64,000 bases of DNA from a virus. Below are positions 26,333-36,092 of the stretch, piece by piece; the first letter of the stretch is position 1; each line of letters begins with the position of its first letter. The DNA is taken from positions 32,001 through 96,000 of the IMG/VR virus record IMGVR_UViG_3300050014_000310; one strand, written 5' to 3'. The notes beneath the pieces were generated by a model. The model ran no database searches. It saw only the letters and a program-made list of their open reading frames with translations, and was not told where the DNA came from. The position numbers were made by a program, and so were the translations under genes.

Positions 26333-27763
26333 CTATGTGTAAATAAACTGATCCGCGCTACTCACCGGCGATGTCCCGGCCACGTTAATCACCGTCACAT
26401 CGACCGTCCCCGCTGAAACAGCCGGCGAGACGCAGGTGATCTGCGTATCGGAAACCACCACCACAGAAGTCGCGCTGGCGCTCCCAAACTTAACCGCAGA
26501 AGCCCCGGTAAACCCGGCCCCTGTCAAAGTTACCGCGGTCCCCCCGGTATGCGATCCCGTAACAGGTGACACCCCAGTTACCATCGGGGTAATTATGATA
26601 TACAAAAGGTTCCCCTGGGTGACCTGATTGAAGGCCATTACGATCACCGCAGTCCCCTGGGATCCCCCATGCAGGGCATCAGTAACCGTGCTTACCGCGA
26701 ACAAGGGACTGGTAATCGACCCACACTGACCCATCGCCGTCGCCCATATTGCGGAGTTCTGCAGACTCTTTCCAATGGCGATACTGTTCAGATAGTTGTA
26801 AACAGCGGTCCGGATATTCGCCAGCGTCTGCGTCGTATACCCGGTTAACTGCGTGATCGGGATCACCACATCGATGGCCTCGTAGGTCGGCAGGAAGAAA
26901 TAGATCGTGGTTGTCTGCCCGTACTGGTCTATGATGCCAAATGAAGAAGTCCCCCACGTCCCGCAACCCGGCCCCTTATTGTCGCATATAGCCTGGGCAA
27001 TATTTGCTGGTGTAGCAGTGCCGTCCACAACCGCATAGATACAGTGTGAAGGCGCTCCGTTGGCATCTGCTGAAGATGTGAAATTCTCGTAGACAACGAA
27101 GCGGGTTACGCCGATTACTGAGGCAATGGCAGCTTTCGTCTGGTCTAGCAAAGTCGTGTTGCTCTCTGCCGTACTGATTGCTTGCCTAGCTTTCAACGCT
27201 GAATCAGATTCCTGCGATTGCCCTATCTGGGATGCGGAAACGGCGTTAGGATTTGTCACGCTAGACCACCCATAGGTTGGAGTGGCCATGATTGAAATTG
27301 CCCCCGGATTGGCTGCGATGGGGCCCAAGGTGGTGCAGGTAGCCGTGACGGTCACTGTCCCCCCGGTACCGATTACCGTAGCGGGGATTGACCACTGGTA
27401 GCCGGATGTGTCCTGGGCAATGCAGTTGGTCAGCGGGGTTCCTGTGATGCCGGCGCAAATCACTGGGCAGATTGAGTAGGTGGATGATTCCCTGGCGATG
27501 CCGTTTAGCTTGATGATGGAGTCCAGGCCAGAGCCTACGGCGGTGCCGGGGCCGCGGGAGTTGTAAACCTGGACCAGGAGTTGATTGGTATCGTTGATCT
27601 TTGAGGCAAAGGATGAAAGCATTTGGTAGTCCTGGCTTGAGGGTGCCAAGTAGATGTCCTGGCCGTAAATACTCTGCATGTCGGAGACAAGATCGGCGAT
27701 GATATCGGCGAATAGGGGAATGTGGCACCCCGTGGAATCGATGCTAGGCGGTACGTAGCTCAT
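26333..27763 (-). CDS. Baseplate J-like protein with C-terminal IPT/TIG domain
   Basis: AVGSGLDSIIKLNGIAR, ESDSALKARQ; C-terminal PMVTGVSPVTG..GGTAVTLTG; start at 27763 behind AAAGGAGGTGA. Confidence 0.88.
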   Translation of the reverse strand: MSYVPPSIDSTGCHIPLFADIIADLVSDMQSIYGQDIYLAPSSQDYQMLSSFASKINDTNQLLVQVYNSRGPGTAVGSGLDSIIKLNGIARESSTYSICPVICAGITGTPLTNCIAQDTSGYQWSIPATVIGTGGTVTVTATCTTLGPIAANPGAISIMATPTYGWSSVTNPNAVSASQIGQSQESDSALKARQAISTAESNTTLLDQTKAAIASVIGVTRFVVYENFTSSADANGAPSHCIYAVVDGTATPANIAQAICDNKGPGCGTWGTSSFGIIDQYGQTTTIYFFLPTYEAIDVVIPITQLTGYTTQTLANIRTAVYNYLNSIAIGKSLQNSAIWATAMGQCGSITSPLFAVSTVTDALHGGSQGTAVIVMAFNQVTQGNLLYIIITPMVTGVSPVTGSHTGGTAVTLTGAGFTGASAVKFGSASATSVVVVSDTQITCVSPAVSAGTVDVTVINVAGTSPVSSADQFIYT

Positions 27764-27828
27764 ATGGATCACCTCCTTTAGCGGCAAGGAAGCCCACGCC
27801 TTCAGCCGTGGGATGAATTGCCGTATCC

Positions 27829-27857
27829 TTGCCGTATTCTTTCGTATGTGATATAAT
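27829..27857 (+). promoter_or_regulatory. tnpB promoter TTGCCG-17-TATAAT (probably leaderless mRNA)
   Basis: ATG lies 6 nt after the -10 with no SD. Confidence 0.6.
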
Positions 27858-27863
27858 TAACCT

Positions 27864-29009
27864 ATGAAAACCGCTAAAGCCGTCAAGTGCAAGCTCCAAG
27901 TTAATACCGAAGAAGCAACTATCCTGGCGGAAACACTGTGCAGATTCGCTTCCGCTTGCAACGACATCCTGCAAGTTTCTCAGGATAACCACACCACCAA
28001 CAAGGTCAATCTCCAGCACCTCTGCTACTATGATCTCAGAGAGCGATATAACCTGAACGCCAACCTGGTCATTCGTGCCATCGCCCGTGTCGCCGCGGCC
28101 AGCAAAGAGAAGCGCAAACTGAGCAAGCCCCGGAAATTCAACCCCACAAGTATGAACCTGGACGCCAGGACGTTTGCCTTCGTGGAGAAGCGGGAGGAAA
28201 TAACCGTCTCCACCATTGGCGGCAGGCTCAAGCTTAAACTTGACATTGGTAACTTCCAACGCGGACTCCTTATTAACCAGAAGCCCACTTCGGCTGTCCT
28301 CTTCTACCACAAGCAGAAGAAGGCGTTTTACATCAACATGGTCATCAACCGGGATGTCCCTTTTCCCCCCAACAACGGAAGGGTGGTCGGTATCGACCGG
28401 GGCATCTACAACCTCGCTACTACATCCACCGACTTGAAGTTCTCTGGCCGTCAGGCCATGCACATGAGAAAACACTATTCCAAACTGCGGCAGTCTCTGC
28501 AAAAGAAAGGCACAAAAGGGGCAAAATGCCTCCTGAAACGGCTGTCTGGCAAAGAGCAGAGAGTTATGCGCGATATCAACCACAAGATCAGTAAGGCGAT
28601 TGTCCAGTCCTGCAAACCCGGAGATACCTTGGTCATGGAAGATTTGAAATACATCCGCGACCGCATCCGGGTAGCAAGGAAACAGAGGCAGATCCAGCAC
28701 TCCTGGGCGTTCGGTGAACTCGGTGATTTCATCGAGTATAAGACTACAGAGAGAGGGATCAACGTGGTCTATGTCGATCCCCACTACACCAGCCAGCGAT
28801 GCCCTGTCTGCGGACATGTTTCCCGGAATAATCGTCATAAACACCTCTTTAAATGCGTCTCCTGTGGCCATACCGCTAATGCTGACCTCAATGCTTGCCG
28901 CAATATTCGTCAGGTACACTTGGATACGCTGGCGGATGGGCTGTTGTCAACCAGCCCCGAAGCAGACGATTTGATCTGCAAGCCCCTTGCTTCATCTGTG
29001 GGCAGTTGA
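27864..29009 (+). CDS. tnpB: RNA-guided endonuclease TnpB
   Basis: RuvC GIDRG / MEDL / NADLNA all intact; CPVC..CVSC zinc finger; YTSQRC. Confidence 0.95.
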   Translation: MKTAKAVKCKLQVNTEEATILAETLCRFASACNDILQVSQDNHTTNKVNLQHLCYYDLRERYNLNANLVIRAIARVAAASKEKRKLSKPRKFNPTSMNLDARTFAFVEKREEITVSTIGGRLKLKLDIGNFQRGLLINQKPTSAVLFYHKQKKAFYINMVINRDVPFPPNNGRVVGIDRGIYNLATTSTDLKFSGRQAMHMRKHYSKLRQSLQKKGTKGAKCLLKRLSGKEQRVMRDINHKISKAIVQSCKPGDTLVMEDLKYIRDRIRVARKQRQIQHSWAFGELGDFIEYKTTERGINVVYVDPHYTSQRCPVCGHVSRNNRHKHLFKCVSCGHTANADLNACRNIRQVHLDTLADGLLSTSPEADDLICKPLASSVGS

Positions 29010-29016
29010 CCTCCCA

Positions 29017-29379
29017 CTAGAACGATATATTTGTAAGCGTGACAGCTCCATAAGCGGTGTTAACAACGCAATTGCCGATGGAATATTGCCGGGTTGGGGG
29101 GCTATATGTGCTACTGAAAGACGAAATCGACGAGACATCCTGAGTGCTCAGAATCTGATTGCGTATAAGCATATCAACGGATTCCTTGGTGACACCAGGC
29201 TTGCCAAGAATCGACTGGAAGGCAGGTAACCCTATTGATGTGTTCTCCCACCATTCGCCGGCCAAAAGCTTTAAATTAGTAAGGATTGCTTGCCCGATAG
29301 CATCTGTGCCTTGCAGGAAATCTTGTGCCCCTTGGCCAAAACTGTAGTCGCCATTCTGGTCTAATTGACGGTATATCAT
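29017..29379 (-). CDS. Baseplate wedge (gp25/gp46-like) protein
   Basis: MIYRQLDQNGDYSFG...LKLLAGEWW.NT..G. Confidence 0.8.
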   Translation of the reverse strand: MIYRQLDQNGDYSFGQGAQDFLQGTDAIGQAILTNLKLLAGEWWENTSIGLPAFQSILGKPGVTKESVDMLIRNQILSTQDVSSISSFSSTYSPPTRQYSIGNCVVNTAYGAVTLTNISF

Positions 29380-30008
29380 AGCGCTCCCCCCGTATTCCCA
29401 CCACCGGCCGGCGCCAGATGATAATGTGGAGCGAATGCCACCCCATCCACGGTCAGGCCCCCGGTAATGTTCACCCCGGATGCAGATAATGAAAGCTTAA
29501 CCGTGCCGGCTTCGTTGCGAAGTTCGACGGCCGACATATTGTAATTGCCTATAGGATTGTGCTGCGATGTAATGCCCACTTTGGCAACTGCATCAGATAT
29601 GTCATGGCGCCGCTGCTCCATGGGATTCTGCACGCCACCGTTAGACCACCAGGCATCGATACAGGAATCGCAGAAAGAAAGCTCGCATTCGTCACCCGGA
29701 TTGATGGGAAACGTAAGGAGAAAACCACCACCCCGCGGCCACTGCACTGGCACATCCACTAGGAGAGGGAGATTCACGTAAGAAAAGGTTCCATATTGAT
29801 CCTTGACGCGCTCTCTGATTGCTGGTTGAACGGTGACTGTCTGCTCGCCTGGGGTAGGATTAAAAGATTGAATTATGCCGATGCAAGCCACACGTATGTC
29901 ATTCGAGATATTGTCGCTCATTTTGTCGTAAAACGTGCTCGGATTCTTGTCATTTGTGACTCTCTCACTAATAGGCTGAACGATAATCACCCCCAAATAA
30001 AAAAGCAC
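29376..30008 (-). CDS. Baseplate spike (Gp138-like)
   Basis: VTVQPAI...LVDVPV.WPRGGGF.LTFPI.PGDEC...RRHDISDA; C-terminal HxH tip. Confidence 0.85.
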   Translation of the reverse strand: MLFYLGVIIVQPISERVTNDKNPSTFYDKMSDNISNDIRVACIGIIQSFNPTPGEQTVTVQPAIRERVKDQYGTFSYVNLPLLVDVPVQWPRGGGFLLTFPINPGDECELSFCDSCIDAWWSNGGVQNPMEQRRHDISDAVAKVGITSQHNPIGNYNMSAVELRNEAGTVKLSLSASGVNITGGLTVDGVAFAPHYHLAPAGGGNTGGAL

Positions 30009-30044
30009 CCCGAAAGGCGCTAATATTTGATTTGATTTTAGTCG

Positions 30045-31556
30045 TTAGTATGGACTTTGCGCGCTACTTGTGATCATCGAAGGCTGAACCCCTGCTTGAG
30101 TGCATGTTTCTACGGTCGTGTACCATGCTTGACCGCGCGAGTCTGCTTCAATATTGTATTGGATTACGCGATATAACCCCGACTGATCAAGCTGGTAGAT
30201 CGCGGAACCCTGATTGTATTCTTGATTTGCAATCAAACTATTGTCCACATGCACTATACTACCTATCTTAATTGCAGGATTCAGCAACATTTTGATGGTT
30301 GCCCCATAATTGTTCTGCGCTGGCACCCCGATCAATCCGGTATTCGGCGTAAGATCGACAACCTCGTCTGTCGGCAGATCAGTCATCTTAATGAAATTAA
30401 CCTGCCCATTCTCCAGATAGTAAGCAGCATTCTCACTTTGAGCAAGTTGCCTCAAGTATTTGTTTGCTTTGCCGAAATACGACTTGCCACGGGTCAACTG
30501 CGTCTGGGAGAAGTCAGAAGTAAGCTTCCCTAACTGAGTCGGAACCGAATTAGCAGAAGCTATGTAACCGATCTGCGACCGGGCATTCTGCCCCCTGGTT
30601 AATGTGCCGATCAGAGCGCCGTAGGTCTGAAATTGCTGGGCATTCATGCAAACTAAGGTTAAAGTGTAAGTTGCTGCATCGGGCTTATCTCGAAGGCATT
30701 GCACGATCTCACCCTGGTAAATTTGACCATATTGAGTTCCAATGTATCCGGCCTCAATTATTATGGTATAGCCTTCCTGGATAATCGTATTTTCTGTTTC
30801 TGGCGATAAATTGTAAATTTTGACCGTTGACCATTGCGGAGCGGTGATCATTGTCACAGTTAGAGAAAATTGGCAATGAAGCTGGCTTACGTCCAGGGCA
30901 GTTGTCGGGGTCAGGGGATTCACCAAACTTTGCCCCTGGGTAGCCGTATCCTCGCCTGCCACGCCTGTGATCGGAACACCGCCTATTGTGCCTGTTATGA
31001 ACGGGTTTGGATCTCCCTGTCTTGTTACCAGGATTCTGTATCTGCGGCCATATAAAACGTTGCCCTGCGCCTGTGTGCCAGCGACAACTTCAAAATTTGT
31101 GGCCGGGATTATAAGGTTCGAATATGGACTCGCGAAGGCAGTTGGACTAGTGGGACTTGAAATCCCTGTCAGCGGGACCCCTGAAAGAGCATTATGGGCA
31201 TCCGTCGTATAGTTCAGGTATGCCCCGGAATTATATGTTGACCAGGCTCGGAAGCCTTGCCGATTATAGATTGCCAAGGCAACTTGGGCATTGTTTGCCG
31301 GAACGAATAGCCACTGCTCCCAAGTATCGGGGCTAGTCGATCCTGTAAACTGAATCAACAGATCAGAGTTCGCATTATGTATCTGCCACAATCCCCAGCT
31401 TGTAGCGCCATCCCCACTAGTAGGGCCACCTAGACCGAAATCCCCCGGGCAATTATTGACCCAGGATGATTCAGCACCGGCGATGGCGACCATTGTAGAT
31501 ATAATAGACGAGGGAAAGGTTGCTGCCGCGGCTGTAGCTGCATCTTGGATCGACAT
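30045..31556 (-). CDS. Baseplate hub with N-terminal lytic transglycosylase domain
   Basis: AIAGAESS...SWGLWQI...FRAWSTY, then IYNLS...IEAGY...TGLIG.P...LLNP.I hub motifs. Confidence 0.8.
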   Translation of the reverse strand: MSIQDAATAAAATFPSSIISTMVAIAGAESSWVNNCPGDFGLGGPTSGDGATSWGLWQIHNANSDLLIQFTGSTSPDTWEQWLFVPANNAQVALAIYNRQGFRAWSTYNSGAYLNYTTDAHNALSGVPLTGISSPTSPTAFASPYSNLIIPATNFEVVAGTQAQGNVLYGRRYRILVTRQGDPNPFITGTIGGVPITGVAGEDTATQGQSLVNPLTPTTALDVSQLHCQFSLTVTMITAPQWSTVKIYNLSPETENTIIQEGYTIIIEAGYIGTQYGQIYQGEIVQCLRDKPDAATYTLTLVCMNAQQFQTYGALIGTLTRGQNARSQIGYIASANSVPTQLGKLTSDFSQTQLTRGKSYFGKANKYLRQLAQSENAAYYLENGQVNFIKMTDLPTDEVVDLTPNTGLIGVPAQNNYGATIKMLLNPAIKIGSIVHVDNSLIANQEYNQGSAIYQLDQSGLYRVIQYNIEADSRGQAWYTTVETCTQAGVQPSMITSSAQSPY

Positions 31557-31568
31557 GGGAAATCACCT

Positions 31569-31934
31569 CTACGTAAGCGAGTCGCCCCAAACCAAAATGA
31601 ATTCTTGACCTAATACCCCTGCCTGGTCGTTTGGCGAATCTAGCATCGAATTGCCAACATTCATGATAAAGCACGATCCAATGCCGAGATATTGGTATTG
31701 CCCTAAAAGATCCTGCGCGGGTGGTTGCCCACAGAGTAAAGGTATAGAGTCAAGGATCATGTTATTTGATTGATCAAGAATAGTCATGACCCAGTATTGT
31801 GCTTGTTGATTATATGAAAACTTGAGATTAAGGGTAATATTAGAACCGTTGATCGAAATCGTAGCTGTTAAACTTTGATTTGGCAAACTGCTTAAAGGAA
31901 TCACTGAATAAGTTGCCGTAAGATCATCCCCCAA
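31569..31934 (-). CDS. Baseplate/tail small protein
   Basis: IPL...PNQS...YN....YWVM.I.D...IPL..G.DLL.QY.YL motif. Confidence 0.75.
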   Translation of the reverse strand: MGDDLTATYSVIPLSSLPNQSLTATISINGSNITLNLKFSYNQQAQYWVMTILDQSNNMILDSIPLLCGQPPAQDLLGQYQYLGIGSCFIMNVGNSMLDSPNDQAGVLGQEFILVWGDSLT

Positions 31935-31961
31935 AATAAAAAGAAGCCCCGAAAGGCTTCT
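31935..31961 (-). terminator. Terminator after the membrane-protein moron
   Basis: AGAAGCC-tttcg-GGGCTTCT-TTTTATTTT. Confidence 0.7.
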
Positions 31962-32007
31962 AAATATTCATTTTTATTTACTTTTAAGATTTATTGAATT
32001 TTAAGTT

Positions 32008-33081
32008 TTATGACAATGCTTTGACATAAATCAGTTTTTCGGCTCCATAAATATTAGTTGGTGGCGACCCAGACGATGTAAAATTCGTTCCATTCCAAGT
32101 ATATGCTATATTAACATCCGGTAAAGACGGAGTAGATATTGGATCATTTTCTGCATAATGAGTATAACTTACCACGATATAACCAGGTTTAGCATACAAG
32201 ATATTAGAATGGCTTGATTCGTATGCCGCATCGCAGCCAATAAACTGTTCATTATGCCAGAAAAATATCAGTTGTCCATATCCATCCGCTGAAGGGTTCC
32301 TCGTACCATGAACCGATGTAATCCATCCACCATTTCCGTCTGAACTCGTAATAGTTTCATCTGACGTAAAACTAATTGGTGGATTGTTCACTTCAACCGT
32401 TCCACTCAATTCTGCATTTATTTCACCTTGAGAAGGCACAATTTGCCCTAATGGTGCTTGCACTACTGAAGCAGTTGATACCTGGGTTTCTGGAATGGAT
32501 TCCTGGACAGTCGAAGTTTGCAATGTTTCCTGCGTATTTTGTTGGTTAGTTTGAATTTGTGCTGATACTTGATTATTAGGGATAATGCTGCAGTTTTCCA
32601 TGTCAACTTCAGTACCTGTTTTGCCCTTGCATGTTCCTTGAATGGTTACCTGCTCACCGGCGCTAATGTTAGCCAGGGATGCGGTATCGGTGGCGTTATT
32701 GGTAAAATGAAAAACAGTATCTTCTATGAATTGGCTATTACTGAGCGACACATAAGGATTTCCCATTACGTCTCGATCGACAGCGGCAACGGTTCCGCTC
32801 ACATCCAAAACCTGATTTTTGTATTTCTCGTCTGCAGAAAATTGGTTATTGACATATTCGTTGGTGAGCGCTTCATCGGATACCTTAATAGGCGGCGGCG
32901 CTGGCGATGGTGCTGGCGTACTTGGCTGCTGAGAACTGGCCGAACTAGAATCCGTTGTAGCCGTCGAAGAAGTGTCCTTGCTGCTTAGGTTGCTGATGAC
33001 GGTAAGCACGATTATTCCAATAATAACCCAAAGCCAGATCGGTAAACCTTTGCGCTTAGAATTTTGTTCCCCACTCATCAT
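32008..33081 (-). CDS. Membrane-anchored moron: OB-fold (tRNA_anti-like) plus LppP/LprE-like domain
   Basis: N-terminal TM, S/P linker, Y..N...AD.KYK...L.VSGTV; GYGQLIFFWHNEQFIG; AT-rich; own extended -10 and terminator. Confidence 0.65.
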   Translation of the reverse strand: MMSGEQNSKRKGLPIWLWVIIGIIVLTVISNLSSKDTSSTATTDSSSASSQQPSTPAPSPAPPPIKVSDEALTNEYVNNQFSADEKYKNQVLDVSGTVAAVDRDVMGNPYVSLSNSQFIEDTVFHFTNNATDTASLANISAGEQVTIQGTCKGKTGTEVDMENCSIIPNNQVSAQIQTNQQNTQETLQTSTVQESIPETQVSTASVVQAPLGQIVPSQGEINAELSGTVEVNNPPISFTSDETITSSDGNGGWITSVHGTRNPSADGYGQLIFFWHNEQFIGCDAAYESSHSNILYAKPGYIVVSYTHYAENDPISTPSLPDVNIAYTWNGTNFTSSGSPPTNIYGAEKLIYVKALS

Positions 33082-33144
33082 AATCCCTCCCCTTATAGCA
33101 ACAGTATATACCACAAAGGGATCGTTTTTCCTGCAAATATTTGC

Positions 33145-33774
33145 TTATTTCCCAAGTAATTTTTCTCCCTGCACAAGCCAACTCTCTATTTGTGCCGCCT
33201 GTGCCGGTGCCGGTGTGCTTGGAATCACAGTCCCGACAGTATTTGAATCTGTCACCTGCGGATTCGCGCTAACCTTGATCTGCACTGTCTGCACAGTAGC
33301 GATAAAAACTTCTTGCAGCGTACAAGTACCCCGCAACCCATGGCAAGTCGTGTTGTCTTCTGTCGGCAGCAATGACGTGATTAACATATTCTGGTAAACA
33401 TTCAACCGCGTTGTAACTTGAACAGGAACCCTTTGAAGTTGAATCTGCCTCAATGCTTGGAAAGCAGAAACGGATCGAGACGACCAATCCCCGAACTGCC
33501 CAGGGATGATCGAAGTGGCGCAATCAGACATGAGAAAACTGATCTGCAACTGGGCCGGCTCAATGTAGCTGTGATCCGAAATGTTCGCGCCTGTTTCGAC
33601 CGGATGCTGAGTGACGGTTAGATTCAAAGTATGAACAATTTTGAGAAATGCATCCAGGAAAAGCCCGCCAATATTGTATTTTATGTATAATAACTGCTGG
33701 CCAAGGGGAGGCAAAACAACCCCCGAGGCCAGTTGCTGGCTGCCAGAAAAAAGATTTGATTGAGAGATCGACAT
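33145..33774 (-). CDS. Tail tube initiator/Dit-like baseplate protein
   Basis: VTQHPVETGANISDHSYIEP...V.TRLNVYQNMLI. Confidence 0.8.
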   Translation of the reverse strand: MSISQSNLFSGSQQLASGVVLPPLGQQLLYIKYNIGGLFLDAFLKIVHTLNLTVTQHPVETGANISDHSYIEPAQLQISFLMSDCATSIIPGQFGDWSSRSVSAFQALRQIQLQRVPVQVTTRLNVYQNMLITSLLPTEDNTTCHGLRGTCTLQEVFIATVQTVQIKVSANPQVTDSNTVGTVIPSTPAPAQAAQIESWLVQGEKLLGK

Positions 33775-33794
33775 TGATAGATCACCTGCCTAAG

Positions 33795-35378
33795 TTAACC
33801 CATAATTCCCTGCTGAACTCGCATGATCAGACTCAAATTGTTTCCCTGAATAGCATCGGCAGTCTGCTGCGGGCTACCGGCTCCGCTGATGTAGTAAACC
33901 GGGCTTAAGGTTATCGTATTGGTCTTATTGCTTGCTCGAGGTGCTCCGAGATTCTTGAAAGCAGACAGCATATTCGTGAGCACAGAGTTGCTAAATATCT
34001 GGCTTCCACCAGGTAGGTTGAGAATCTCCGGTCCCTTTTCGCCTACCAGGGTGGGGCCGGATGCAAGGCCACCGGATGCTTTGCCGGGCGGATCGGGAGG
34101 ACCGAAAACAGGACTGCCGGGAGCACCCGGTTGATCCGGCGCAATCCACGTATCATAAAGTCCCTGCTCCCCCGTCTTGATATCGGCTTCTCCCTGAGCA
34201 ATCATTTGAGGATTGTTCTCGTGCATCCCCAAAAGTTTTTCCGCTTCACCCGCGACAATTGAAATACCATCGGCAATAGAAGACACTCCCATTACTACTG
34301 CGGTTATAACAGTCAGCACCGCTTTAAAGGCATCTGCTATCACAGTTCCCCAATTGACAAGCTTCCCCTGTCCACCGATCAGTTGCGCTATTGCGTTGAT
34401 CATATCCAGCAAGGCTGTTCCTAATCCCTTAAAGGCATCCCATAAGGCTTTGATATCCGGGGTAATGGCCTTCCAAACTCCTGATAATGCACTCTGGCCA
34501 CCTTTTGAGTAGGTTATATAGTCCTGCACCAACAGAATAATCGCAAGAATGGCCGCCGAAATCACCAATAGGGGGAGGTTCGCGTCCGCCAATCCCGCCA
34601 AGATTCCCATGGTAATCTCGATTGCTTTGCCTATTGCCAGAATTGCAATTATTAACCCGGCCGAGATCTCGATGACGTGTTGCCACTTCGTTCCGAGGTT
34701 GTCCCACCAATTAACGAAATCTTTGCCCGCATCGTATACTTTTTCAAATAAAGTTACTATCCTGGCGATGAGGTCAGCGATCTTGGCTTCCCATTTAGGG
34801 GCATTCTCGACAATCCAGTTGTTCATCTTCTGCAAGCCATCCTGGAAGTTTCCCAAGGGGCCGGATAAGTCTTTTGCTAAATCATAGCCGATATTCATGA
34901 TCCCCATTGTCATTTCAAGTTTTAGCTGGCGAAATTGAAGGGTGATCCCAAATAAATTATTCATCACAGATTGATAATCTGCCGGAGGCTCCATTTCTTG
35001 AGCTACCTGGCGAAACTTAATAAAAGCGTCCATCAACTGCGGGCTTAAATACAAATCTTGAATAGAAACGCCTAACGCGTCTAAGCTAGACTTAAAAGCC
35101 ACGGCAGAATTAAAATTGAGCCACATCTGCCTTGCGAACATTTCATTCTGAATTGTAGCGTTGGCGACCCCAAGGGTGAACTGATTGATAACATCAGCCA
35201 GGGCGCCTATTCCTGCTATCGCTCCGCCGGCTATGGCAATACCTTGCAGCGAACTGGAAAAACTTGAGATCGATTTTGCTATCTGGCCAAGGGAGTCTTG
35301 GGCCTTACTAAAAGAGGCAGCGTCGGTAGAAAACCCCAGCGAAACGAGATACGAACGTATGATCCCTAATTCAGACAT
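33795..35378 (-). CDS. Tape measure protein
   Basis: IRSYLVSLGF start, helical A/G-rich body, ASGG..GPTLVGEKGPEI motif; follows the chaperone. Confidence 0.85.
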   Translation of the reverse strand: MSELGIIRSYLVSLGFSTDAASFSKAQDSLGQIAKSISSFSSSLQGIAIAGGAIAGIGALADVINQFTLGVANATIQNEMFARQMWLNFNSAVAFKSSLDALGVSIQDLYLSPQLMDAFIKFRQVAQEMEPPADYQSVMNNLFGITLQFRQLKLEMTMGIMNIGYDLAKDLSGPLGNFQDGLQKMNNWIVENAPKWEAKIADLIARIVTLFEKVYDAGKDFVNWWDNLGTKWQHVIEISAGLIIAILAIGKAIEITMGILAGLADANLPLLVISAAILAIILLVQDYITYSKGGQSALSGVWKAITPDIKALWDAFKGLGTALLDMINAIAQLIGGQGKLVNWGTVIADAFKAVLTVITAVVMGVSSIADGISIVAGEAEKLLGMHENNPQMIAQGEADIKTGEQGLYDTWIAPDQPGAPGSPVFGPPDPPGKASGGLASGPTLVGEKGPEILNLPGGSQIFSNSVLTNMLSAFKNLGAPRASNKTNTITLSPVYYISGAGSPQQTADAIQGNNLSLIMRVQQGIMG

Positions 35379-35434
35379 TTAACGCCACCCCGCTTATCAA
35401 TAAGCAAAGGACACCGCATGGCTTTTCAAAGTAA

Positions 35435-35677
35435 CTAAGCCATCCCAGCGCCCTTTGCCGCATCGATTCCCCGTGCCTCATTCTCGCTTTGCACGGTCAT
35501 GACTTCCAGGATATCCAGCAGATCATCTAGATCGTATGTGCCGTCAGACAATTCCTTCTGTCTCCAGTGCCCGGCGATAACCGGCGCAAACATCCATGCT
35601 GCTACGTTTGGACACTCGGCGACTTCGTAAGTAACCCCTCGGGGAGTAAAGCTGAGAGGGCGCCTGGCGAAAAACCC
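35435..35677 (-). CDS. -1 frameshift extension of the tail assembly chaperone
   Basis: G GGT TTT slippery site at 35677-35671; the -1 frame is open to 35435 (ELSDGTYDLDDLLDILE). Confidence 0.7.
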   Translation of the reverse strand, partial: GFFARRPLSFTPRGVTYEVAECPNVAAWMFAPVIAGHWRQKELSDGTYDLDDLLDILEVMTVQSENEARGIDAAKGAGMA

Positions 35678-36057
35678 GACAGGTTGAAAACGAGCGCCTG
35701 CACCATTAGCGCCAGGCAGGTCATGGCATCATCGTCCAGGCCAATGACGCCAAGATGCCCCTCGGGATTTAACACCTGTATTTCGCCGCCAGACAGGATC
35801 TCGAAGCAAACCCTCAGAGATTTGTTCTGGATGTCAACGAAATCAGCCTCTGACAACTTCGACAAAGCCCCTAAAACTGGTGATATGATTTGGCTGATCT
35901 CAATCCCCTGGTTCGTTGCAAGCATGTCAAACACTGGGGCCAGGATCCCTGCCACCTTGATCGCGATGAAACCGCCTGTCTGGGCAGGAAACTTTCTGAG
36001 ACGGAACTGCCTGCCGCCTAGTCCAATATCTTTGAATTTTGGTCGTATATCTTCCAT
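35602..36057 (-). CDS. Tail assembly chaperone
   Basis: Lies between tube and tape measure; GGAGG RBS before 36057. Confidence 0.8.
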   Translation of the reverse strand: MEDIRPKFKDIGLGGRQFRLRKFPAQTGGFIAIKVAGILAPVFDMLATNQGIEISQIISPVLGALSKLSEADFVDIQNKSLRVCFEILSGGEIQVLNPEGHLGVIGLDDDAMTCLALMVQALVFNLSGFSPGALSALLPEGLLTKSPSVQT

Positions 36058-36092
36058 CGTTTTAAGCCTCCGCTTTGAATACAATTTAATTG

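Larger units (their letters stand above)
27773..29010 (+). mobile_element. IS200/IS605-family IS1341-type element (tnpB only)
   Basis: Left-end hairpin CCCACG..CGTGGG preceded by GAAG, TCAC target at 27769-27772; right end CAAG-hairpin-TTGAC ending at 29010. Confidence 0.8.

Noticed and set aside
27744-28919. 391-aa minus-strand ORF
   Set aside because: Antisense shadow of tnpB with no recognisable motifs.
27773-29010. IStron or CRISPR-Cas12f locus
   Set aside because: No group I intron sequence at the left end, the element is antisense to the operon and intergenic, and there is no repeat-spacer array nearby.
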